From sequence record MN101225.1: a stretch of 64,000 nucleotides of DNA, one strand, 5' to 3'. Below, one piece after another: positions 1 through 6,664 of the stretch; the first letter of the stretch is position 1, and the number at the start of each line of letters is the position of its first letter. This DNA is from Klebsiella phage KMI11. The translations under genes were made by a program, and so were the position numbers. The notes under the pieces are model-generated. The model had not been told where the DNA came from and did not search any database. It saw only the letters and a program-made list of their open reading frames with translations.

Positions 1-449
1 ACTTTACTCAATTGCATAAGTATCCTAATGTTAAGCAATGGTCACCAATGCAGAAGAAACTGGTAAAATCTAAAACCGGTTCTCCTGCTTTAGACTGCAT
101 GGTTAAAATTATTAAAGGTGACAAGAAAGATAACGTCGCTTCTATTAAAGTTCGTTCAGATTTTTGGTACACCCATGTTGATGGCGAGCGCACTCCTTCA
201 ACGAAAATGACGTTTGTTGAAGAATGTCTTGATGCTGGCGAAAACATCAAAGATTTGCTTACTGAAGAACAGTATAAGCGTTTCTTAGAAAACCGTGTGT
301 TAATCGATTTTGATTATATCCGTGAAGACATTGTTGCTAACATTTTAGATTGTTATAATAACTATCAACTACCGGGTCGTGGTAAAATTTATAGCTACTT
401 TGTTAAATCCGGTCTGTCTAAATTAATGAAAGAAATAAACAACTTTTAA
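1..449 (+). CDS. rnh: RNase H (rnh), 3' partial; frame is open to the window edge (the track start is a TTG)
   Basis: Open from base 3. Sits upstream of dsbA-33-59-32 as in T4. C-terminal region resembles the T4 Rnh tail. Confidence 0.6.
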   Translation, partial: FTQLHKYPNVKQWSPMQKKLVKSKTGSPALDCMVKIIKGDKKDNVASIKVRSDFWYTHVDGERTPSTKMTFVEECLDAGENIKDLLTEEQYKRFLENRVLIDFDYIREDIVANILDCYNNYQLPGRGKIYSYFVKSGLSKLMKEINNF

Positions 450-450
450 G

Positions 451-732
451 GTGAATATAATGGCTAAGAAAGAAAAAGAGCAAGTAGTATTTGATGAAGC
501 AGTACACGGACAGGCTCTGCGAGATATGATTAAGGAAGCCTCAGGTAATAAGCTAAAAGCAGAAAGCTATCTTGAGCTTAACAAAGACATTAAAGACCGC
601 GCCAAGAAAGAACTTGGCGTAGAAGGAAAACTGTTTAATCAACTGCTTGCTCTGTTCCATAAAGGCACACGCGATCGTTTTGAAACTGAAAAAGATGAAG
701 TGGTAGAAGCTTATGACTCTATTTTCGCTTAA
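451..732 (+). CDS. dsbA: dsDNA-binding protein DsbA (late transcription enhancer)
   Basis: 93 aa with strong similarity to T4 DsbA (MAKKE...FDEA.HG...LGV.GK.FN.LLAL.HK). Position matches T4 synteny. Confidence 0.85.
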   Translation: MNIMAKKEKEQVVFDEAVHGQALRDMIKEASGNKLKAESYLELNKDIKDRAKKELGVEGKLFNQLLALFHKGTRDRFETEKDEVVEAYDSIFA

Positions 733-1012
733 AGACGAGGGGGATACCTCCCCCTCTGAATCCATTAATCAGCTGTTAGATAAGCAAGCTAACGGATTTA
801 CTATTGAGTCTATGGTAACAGAACTTGGAATGGGGTATCTTGAAGCAACAACTCAGTGGTTAGAAGAAAATTCTATTCCTGAGGGAAACTTCAATAGATA
901 TATTCCTCCAGCAATCATAGAAAAAATTATGTCAGAAGCATTGGAAGAAAATATGCTTCGTCCATCATTTAGTCAAACACACAAAACGAATAGTCTGGAC
1001 TTTTTATTATGA
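713..1012 (+). CDS. 33: gp33 late transcription co-activator
   Basis: 99 aa. MTxFSL...ENGF.IE.MV.E.GM.YLEATT.(W/F)LEENSIPE...NTLDFLL matches T4 gp33. Synteny. Confidence 0.85.
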   Translation: MTLFSLKDEGDTSPSESINQLLDKQANGFTIESMVTELGMGYLEATTQWLEENSIPEGNFNRYIPPAIIEKIMSEALEENMLRPSFSQTHKTNSLDFLL

Positions 1013-1671
1013 TTCGTCTCCGCATGCCTAGAAATAATAACAGATACGTTAACGGTAAGAGCGTTTATCTTTTATATTTAATGCTCAAACAACACTTTGC
1101 CGGTCGATATGACGTTGTTAAGTATAACTGGGTTATGCGGGTCTCTGATAAAGCTTATCAAAAGCGTAGAGACAAATATTTCTTTGAGAAACTCGCTGAG
1201 AAATATACATTAAAAGAGTTAACACTGATATTCATGAGTAACCTCGTAGCTAATCAAGATGCATGGATTGGCGATATCAGTGATGCTGATGCCCTCGTGT
1301 TTTATCGTGAATATATAGGTAAATTGAAGCAGATTAAAACAACGTTCTCGGAAGATGTAAAGAACATTTACTATTTTGCCAAGAAAGTTAATGTAGATAA
1401 GCTTCATGATATTTTTGAATATAATGAGAAAGTCGGAACATCTTATGTGTTCAAACTTCTGCAGTCAAACGTTATATCTTTCGAGACATTCATCATGCTT
1501 GACTCGTTTTTAGATATAATAAATACACATGATACTGCAACGGATAACTTAGTTTGGAGTAATTACTCTACTAAATTAAAAGCTTATAAAAAACTTTTAA
1601 ACGTTGACGGTGCTGAAGCTAAGAAACTCTTTATTAGCATAATCAAATCTTGTAAAGAAATTAGTATATAA
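1009..1671 (+). CDS. 59: gp59 helicase loader
   Basis: 220 aa, near-identical motifs to T4 gp59 (MIRLRMP...GKSVYLLYLM...KYNWVMRVSD.AYQKRRDKYFF...WIGDISDADALVFYREY). Confidence 0.95.
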   Translation: MIRLRMPRNNNRYVNGKSVYLLYLMLKQHFAGRYDVVKYNWVMRVSDKAYQKRRDKYFFEKLAEKYTLKELTLIFMSNLVANQDAWIGDISDADALVFYREYIGKLKQIKTTFSEDVKNIYYFAKKVNVDKLHDIFEYNEKVGTSYVFKLLQSNVISFETFIMLDSFLDIINTHDTATDNLVWSNYSTKLKAYKKLLNVDGAEAKKLFISIIKSCKEISI

Positions 1672-1683
1672 TTAATCTATCGT

Positions 1684-1739
1684 CCAGTTGCAAGGACCCA
1701 TGTTGCAACAACAACTGTTAAATTTAAAAAGGTAATCAT
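1684..1739 (+). promoter_or_regulatory. gene 32 translational operator: overlapping hairpin/pseudoknot-forming repeats followed by an unstructured A/U-rich leader
   Basis: cagttg (1685-1690) pairs with caactg (1712-1717). gttgcaa (1687-1693) pairs with ttgcaac (1703-1709). Then gttaaatttaaaaaggtaatcatATG. In T4 this arrangement is the gp32 autoregulatory site. Confidence 0.5.
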
Positions 1740-2657
1740 ATGTTTAAGCGTAAAAATCCTGCTCAACTTCAACAACAACTGGCTGGTCTGAAAGGTGGTT
1801 CTTCTTTCTCTAATGAAGATAAAAACGAATGGAAACTGAAGACCGATAATGCTGGTAATGGTCAAGCAGTAATTCGCTTCCTGCCTGGTAAAGATGAAAA
1901 CTCTCTGCCGTTTGTAAAACTGATCAATCACGGTTTCAAACACGGCGGTAAATGGTACATTGAAAATTGTACTTCTACTCACGGTGATTTTGATTCTTGC
2001 CCGGTTTGTGCTCATCTGAGTAAAAACGATTCTTATAACAGCAACCCGGCTGAATATAAGCTTCTGAAACGTAAAACCTCTTTCTGGTCTAACATCCTGG
2101 TTATTAAAGACCCGGCTAACCCAGAAAACGAAGGTAAAGTATTCAAATTCCGTTTCGGTCAGAAAATTATGGACAAAATCAACGCGATGGTTGAAGTCGA
2201 TGTTGATATGGGTGAAACTCCGGTTGATGTAACTTGTGTGTATGAAGGTGCAAACTTCGTCATGAAAGTTAAGAAAGTCGGTGGTTTCCAGAACTATGAT
2301 GAATGTAAATTCCTTGGTCAGTCCGAGATTGCAAACATCAATGATGAAGAAACTCAGAAATTCCTGACCGAAAATATGGCTGACCTCAGCGAAATTGTTG
2401 CTCCATCTCAGTTTAAATCGTTTGAAGTTAACGAAGCCAAATTTAAACAGATTATGGGTACAGCAGCTCTTGGTGGTGCCGCGGCCAAAGCAGCAGCTCA
2501 AGCCGATAAAATTGGTGATGACCTGGATTCCTTTGACAAAGACCTGTCTGATTTTGAATCCAAACCGACCTCTTCTCGTTCCGCAGACGATATCATGGGC
2601 GATGCTGGTGACAGTGTTGGCGATGACGATCTGAATGATATTTTGAACGACCTCTAA
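1740..2657 (+). CDS. 32: gp32 ssDNA-binding protein
   Basis: 305 aa. [15 protein letters not shown]...[11 protein letters not shown]...[15 protein letters not shown] (zinc site) plus acidic C-terminus. Essentially T4 gp32. Confidence 0.97.
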   Translation: MFKRKNPAQLQQQLAGLKGGSSFSNEDKNEWKLKTDNAGNGQAVIRFLPGKDENSLPFVKLINHGFKHGGKWYIENCTSTHGDFDSCPVCAHLSKNDSYNSNPAEYKLLKRKTSFWSNILVIKDPANPENEGKVFKFRFGQKIMDKINAMVEVDVDMGETPVDVTCVYEGANFVMKVKKVGGFQNYDECKFLGQSEIANINDEETQKFLTENMADLSEIVAPSQFKSFEVNEAKFKQIMGTAALGGAAAKAAAQADKIGDDLDSFDKDLSDFESKPTSSRSADDIMGDAGDSVGDDDLNDILNDL

Positions 2658-2660
2658 TAT

Positions 2661-2688
2661 AAAGGGACCTTCGGGTCCCTTTTTCTTT
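2661..2688 (+). terminator. rho-independent terminator after gene 32
   Basis: gggacc-ttcg-ggtccc hairpin (2664-2679) followed by a ttttt tract. Confidence 0.8.
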
Positions 2689-2716
2689 ATCCCTCCAAAA
2701 ATATTTTCACAAAATT

Positions 2717-2746
2717 GTTTACAAGCCAGTTGATGAGTGATACTAT
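2717..2746 (+). promoter_or_regulatory. T4 early-type promoter
   Basis: -35 GTTTAC (2717-2722), 18-nt spacer, TGaTACTAT extended -10 (2738-2746). A-rich upstream sequence. Confidence 0.6.
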
Positions 2747-2782
2747 ATCTACATCGAAACAAAACGAGTAGAGGAAAACATC

Positions 2783-3040
2783 ATGGGTAAATTAAACATT
2801 GATATCGTGGCAGAACCTTACATCAATAAATCAGGATTTTGTACTGATTTGATTTTTGAAGATGGTTCACGTTTTTATGACACTGACCATGGTATTGATT
2901 TTGATTTAGTTATTAAAGAAGGCCCTGGTGGTGGTTGGCCAAATATTGACCTCCGTGGTTCTAAAGAAGCAGTTCGTGCTTGGTTAGAAGCAAACGATTG
3001 GGAAGATATTGACCAAATGATGGAAGACTGGAAAGAGTAA
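2783..3040 (+). CDS. hypothetical early protein (frd.3-region ORF)
   Basis: 85 aa, SD gaggaaaacatcATG, co-directional and tightly packed. Confidence 0.6.
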   Translation: MGKLNIDIVAEPYINKSGFCTDLIFEDGSRFYDTDHGIDFDLVIKEGPGGGWPNIDLRGSKEAVRAWLEANDWEDIDQMMEDWKE

Positions 3041-3081
3041 TTACCTTTGGGGGCTTCGGTCCCCACTTTGAGGAAATGATA

Positions 3082-3303
3082 ATGGCACAGGTTACGGTAG
3101 AAACATATGATTATGAACATTTCATTGAAATCATTGAAAAATATGGTTTGATTGAAGTTAGTAACAAATCTGCCCCATGGGGAGGAAACGAAATCACGGT
3201 AGAAGGTGATACTCCTACTTTATGGTTATGGCTTGAACAAGAATATTTTCCTGGCATGGATGACGAATGCCGTGAAGACACATTAACGACTTTTAGTGAG
3301 TAA
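3082..3303 (+). CDS. hypothetical early protein
   Basis: 74 aa. The second ATG is chosen because it has better SD spacing (gaggaaatgataATG). Preceded by a UUCG hairpin. Confidence 0.55.
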   Translation: MAQVTVETYDYEHFIEIIEKYGLIEVSNKSAPWGGNEITVEGDTPTLWLWLEQEYFPGMDDECREDTLTTFSE

Positions 3304-3306
3304 ATT

Positions 3307-3672
3307 ATGAAACTGAACACAGAATATCGTATTATCCCAAGTCTTGCCGCTGAGTGGGACCTTTCATCTAGCGGAAATAATCGTATGCGCTTGATGATTG
3401 AAGAGCATGGTGGTTCGTTCTTTCCTACCAAAATGCTCGAAGAAGATAATAGTTTCATCACAGAAGTAAAATTTAAAGATGGAACAACTGCTGACGCTGA
3501 AGGATTCGGAGACGCATACTTTGAAATCGCTGATTACGAATTCAAATACTTTGAGCCAGTACATGGAATTGGTGGCGTAATCCAATCTGGTCCTACCCGC
3601 TTGGACTTGATCGTTACCCCAGAAAATACAGAAGAAATGATTGACTTGATCAAAAAAGTTTTCAAAAAGTAG
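3307..3672 (+). CDS. hypothetical early protein
   Basis: 121 aa ORF abutting the previous gene. Confidence 0.55.
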   Translation: MKLNTEYRIIPSLAAEWDLSSSGNNRMRLMIEEHGGSFFPTKMLEEDNSFITEVKFKDGTTADAEGFGDAYFEIADYEFKYFEPVHGIGGVIQSGPTRLDLIVTPENTEEMIDLIKKVFKK

Positions 3673-3701
3673 TTTACATGGAGCTATGCTTGTGATAGTA
3701 T
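3673..3701 (+). promoter_or_regulatory. T4 early-type promoter embedded in a 10-bp inverted repeat
   Basis: GTTTAC 3673-3678, 17-nt spacer, TGaTAGTAT 3693-3701. Inverted repeat atggagctat (3679-3688) / atagctccat (3700-3709). Confidence 0.6.
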
Positions 3702-3729
3702 AGCTCCATAATCTACTGGAGAATAAAAA

Positions 3730-4008
3730 ATGAAACTTCAACGTCAAAGCATTAAACTTGGTTCTGAATATCGTGGTAAATGGAATTTCTGCATTTGCGA
3801 TAAAAACCCAGAAGAATTAGAGCGTGTTGAAGAAGTACTGTGCCAAATGGAAGCTCCATTCACCATGGGTGGTGAAACTGTCTATTGGAATGATTACTGT
3901 GATAACTGCCCATGCTATGAAGATGGGTATGGCTCAGGCTTCTGGATTCCAGTTGAAGATGTTGAAGAATTCAAAAAAGCATTTAAACTTGCTAAGGCCA
4001 AGAAATGA
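3730..4008 (+). CDS. hypothetical Cys-rich small protein (possible zinc ribbon)
   Basis: 92 aa. CxC...C...CDNCPC pattern. SD ggag. Confidence 0.55.
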   Translation: MKLQRQSIKLGSEYRGKWNFCICDKNPEELERVEEVLCQMEAPFTMGGETVYWNDYCDNCPCYEDGYGSGFWIPVEDVEEFKKAFKLAKAKK

Positions 4009-4094
4009 TTGAGGCTGAATTAGTAGTTTTGTTAATTTCTGTTACTGCCGCTTTTATTAGCGGCATTATATTAGGATTATTTTTATATGTCTAA
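4005..4094 (+). CDS. putative 29-aa single-TM hydrophobic peptide
   Basis: MIEAELVVLLISVTAAFISGIILGLFLYV. ATGA overlap with the upstream stop. SD aagg 7 nt upstream. Below the ORF-track length cutoff. Confidence 0.3.
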   Translation: MIEAELVVLLISVTAAFISGIILGLFLYV

Positions 4095-4111
4095 ATTTTA
4101 TTGAGGTTTAA

Positions 4112-4711
4112 ATGATTCAAATAGTTTATGCCTTTGCTCCTACAAAAACTGTAGACGGCAAAAATGAAAATGCTTTCGGTTTAGGCGATGGCCTTCCATG
4201 GAAACATATTTCCCAGGACATGAAAAACTTTGCTAATCGTACTCGAGACACTATCTTGATTTGCGGAGCAAAGACTTTTATGAGTTTTCCTGAACCTCTT
4301 CCTGGTCGTAAGACAATCGTTGTCCAAGACATGAGTCGTGCGTTGGCAACAGCTAAAAACGGATTTTTTGCTGACGCGTATGCTAGTGAAGAAGAATTTA
4401 TGGAATTTTTAGGTGGTGAACACCTTGCTGGGCACACTTCATATAATAGCACGATTACTTTCAATCGCAGTGAAAAATATTCAGTGATAGGCGGTGCCGG
4501 AATCATCCAGAAGGCATATCCATACGCAGATAAGGTTATCCAAACAATCATCAGAAAAAGTCATAGAGTGAATTCTGATGTCACTCTGCCTATTGCGTTT
4601 GTGGTGGCTCCAACCTATGAAAACTCTGGGTTTAAAGTTATTGAAAATCACTGGTATCATATTGATGAAGTGACTAACATTTCAGAGGTGGTCTATGAGC
4701 GCAAACTATGA
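4112..4711 (+). CDS. frd: dihydrofolate reductase
   Basis: 199 aa. PTKTVDG.NE.AFGLGDGLPW...GAKTF.S.P..LPGR...HWY.IDEVT matches T4 Frd. Confidence 0.9.
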   Translation: MIQIVYAFAPTKTVDGKNENAFGLGDGLPWKHISQDMKNFANRTRDTILICGAKTFMSFPEPLPGRKTIVVQDMSRALATAKNGFFADAYASEEEFMEFLGGEHLAGHTSYNSTITFNRSEKYSVIGGAGIIQKAYPYADKVIQTIIRKSHRVNSDVTLPIAFVVAPTYENSGFKVIENHWYHIDEVTNISEVVYERKL

Positions 4712-5012
4712 TATCACTCAGCTATCAGAAGACAAAGTCCAAAAGAAGTGGAAAAGATTTCCATTTAAGCATGGTATTCATCTTCTAGTTTTCAGTTATA
4801 ATGGTCTTAGCACTTATAACGGTTCAACTACAGTATATAACCGAAATGGAAATATACCTATTGAAATTGAGCGTGATTATAAGAAGATGTTCATCGGAAT
4901 GTCACACGGTAATGTGACGGTTAACGATGATGTAGTGTCTATTATTGGGCGATTTGAAAAGCGTGGGAATCAGCTTTTCTTTACTCCTCTTCAGGAAAAA
5001 TTTAATGCGTGA
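4695..5012 (+). CDS. hypothetical protein inserted between frd and td
   Basis: 105 aa. SD gaggtgg 7 nt upstream of ATG. Overlaps the frd end and the td start (ATG of td at 5005 within taATGcgTGA). Confidence 0.5.
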   Translation: MSANYDITQLSEDKVQKKWKRFPFKHGIHLLVFSYNGLSTYNGSTTVYNRNGNIPIEIERDYKKMFIGMSHGNVTVNDDVVSIIGRFEKRGNQLFFTPLQEKFNA

Positions 5013-5880
5013 ATACCAAGAATTAATTAAAGACATTTTTGAAAACGGCTATGAGACTGATGACCGTACTGGTACCGGTACTATTGCAAAGTTTGGTACT
5101 CAACACCGGTTTGATTTACAAGAAGGATTTCCGGCAGTAACTACCAAGCGTCTTGCGTGGAAAGCGTGCATTGCGGAGCTGATTTGGTTCATGCGTGGGT
5201 CTACTAATGTGCATGAATTGCGTCTTATTCAGCATGATTCATTGCTCGAAGGCAAAACTGTCTGGGACGACAACTATGAAAACCAGGCAAAAGACATGGG
5301 GTATTCCGGAGGTGAACTGGGACCTGTGTATGGCAAGCAATGGCGAGATTTCATGGGTGTTGACCAACTGAAATTGATCATTGATCGTATCAAGCAACTT
5401 CCATATGACCGTCGTCAGATTGTGACTGCATGGAACCCGGTTGATTTGGACAAAATGGCATTACCTCCATGCCATTTACTGTATCAATTTAACGTTCGTC
5501 AGGGGCATCTTGACCTCCAGTGGTATCAGCGTTCTGTAGATGTATTCCTTGGCCTCCCCTTCAACATTGCGTCATACGCGGCACTAGTTCATATCATTGC
5601 TAAAATGACAAATCTTAAACCTGGGCATTTGGTATTCACTGGTGGTAATACTCATATTTACCTGAACCATATTGAGCAATGTAAAGAAATTCTTCGTCGA
5701 GAACCGAAAGAACTTTGTGAGCTTGAAATTAATTATTGGCCTCCAGTAAAAGATAAAGAATTTCATGAATTAGCAACAGAAGAACAATTAGCTTGGGTTA
5801 CAGGAATGATGAAACCATCTGACTTTGTTCTTAAAGGATATGAATCTCACCCAACAATTAAAGGAAAGATGGCAGTTTAG
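5005..5880 (+). CDS. td: thymidylate synthase, uninterrupted (no group I intron)
   Basis: 291 aa from MREYQELIKDIFENGYETDDRTGTGT. Colinear with T4 Td exon1+exon2, including ...QRSVDVFLGLPFNIASYA... and C-terminal HP.IKGKMAV. Confidence 0.93.
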   Translation: MREYQELIKDIFENGYETDDRTGTGTIAKFGTQHRFDLQEGFPAVTTKRLAWKACIAELIWFMRGSTNVHELRLIQHDSLLEGKTVWDDNYENQAKDMGYSGGELGPVYGKQWRDFMGVDQLKLIIDRIKQLPYDRRQIVTAWNPVDLDKMALPPCHLLYQFNVRQGHLDLQWYQRSVDVFLGLPFNIASYAALVHIIAKMTNLKPGHLVFTGGNTHIYLNHIEQCKEILRREPKELCELEINYWPPVKDKEFHELATEEQLAWVTGMMKPSDFVLKGYESHPTIKGKMAV

Positions 5881-6608
5881 CAGTATAAATATGTTTCCCA
5901 ACAATCAAGTGAGCATCGTTTAGTTATAAGCTTTCTGCTTATTCCGGTAAGCCTAACAGCTTCAGCAATTGTTGGATATTCTACCCCATCTATGCTTACT
6001 CTTAGATGGGGTTTCTTTTTACCCCGCTGCGAATCAGAAATTCGTTTTCTAACTTCATCGGTATGTGTCTTCCCATAATATGGATTATTATTACCTTTCA
6101 TGTTAAGTGCAGCGTTTCTTTCTTGGAACTTTTTGCTTATTTCTATGGCGCGGTCCATGCCATACTGCTCTTCTATAGTTTTACCTTTGATAGCGCTTGG
6201 CCTACCATGTTTATGCTTGAGTTCTTCTGGCGATAATTTTGAATTGTTCTCTTTTATCGCATTTGAAATTTTATTAAGGATTTCTTGCTTTCTTGGATGA
6301 TGAGATAAAGTATCCCCAAACGATGCGTCTGCTATATTATACCCATTTTCCTTTGAGTCATATTCACGCATCCAATAATTTTCACGTTCAATAATAATAG
6401 ATTTTTCGTATGGAAGTTCTTCTATGATTTTACATACGAAAGCATCTTTCCCATGCTTATTATAAGAACGCTGCAGCTTTATTGAATGATGATTTCCATT
6501 ATCTAAATCCTTAAAGTGCCGTTTCCAACGTTCTTCAAAATTAACTGCACTTCCTATATAGTGCTTATTAGTTTTAGTGTTTATAATAACATATATTCCA
6601 GATTCCAT
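5877..6608 (-). mobile_element. free-standing GIY-YIG homing endonuclease gene, I-TevI-like (catalytic domain + NUMOD3-like linker + C-terminal HTH)
   Basis: 243 aa. GIYVIINTKTNKHYIGSAVNFEERWKRHFKDL...SIKLQRSYNKHG...IIERENYW...NGYNIADASFGDT mirrors I-TevI. YYGKTHTDEVRKRISDSQRG and TIAEAVRLTGISRKLI. Antisense to flanking td/nrdA. Confidence 0.85.
5984..6020 (+). terminator. rho-independent terminator of td, lying inside the antisense HEG coding sequence
   Basis: ccccatcta-tgcttactct-tagatgggg hairpin followed by tttcttttt. Confidence 0.7.
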
Positions 6609-6631
6609 TATATTCTCCTATATAAAAATTA

Positions 6632-6639
6632 TATTTATA
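6632..6639 (-). promoter_or_regulatory. T4 late promoter (TATAAATA) for the GIY-YIG HEG
   Basis: Reverse complement of tatttata. Lies 24 nt upstream of the HEG ATG, with SD aggag in between. Confidence 0.7.
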
Positions 6640-6664
6640 TGGGGTAACTTACTACAGAGGACTT

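Noticed and set aside
1677-2762. 361-aa ORF on the - strand spanning all of gene 32
   Set aside because: It is exactly antisense to a very well-supported gene (gp32). The translation is low-complexity and Phe/Ile-rich with no SD or promoter. This is a typical antisense artefact of A/T-rich coding DNA.
5005-5880. Looked for a group I intron in td and in nrdB
   Set aside because: Both ORFs are continuous and colinear with the spliced T4 proteins, so no intron is present.
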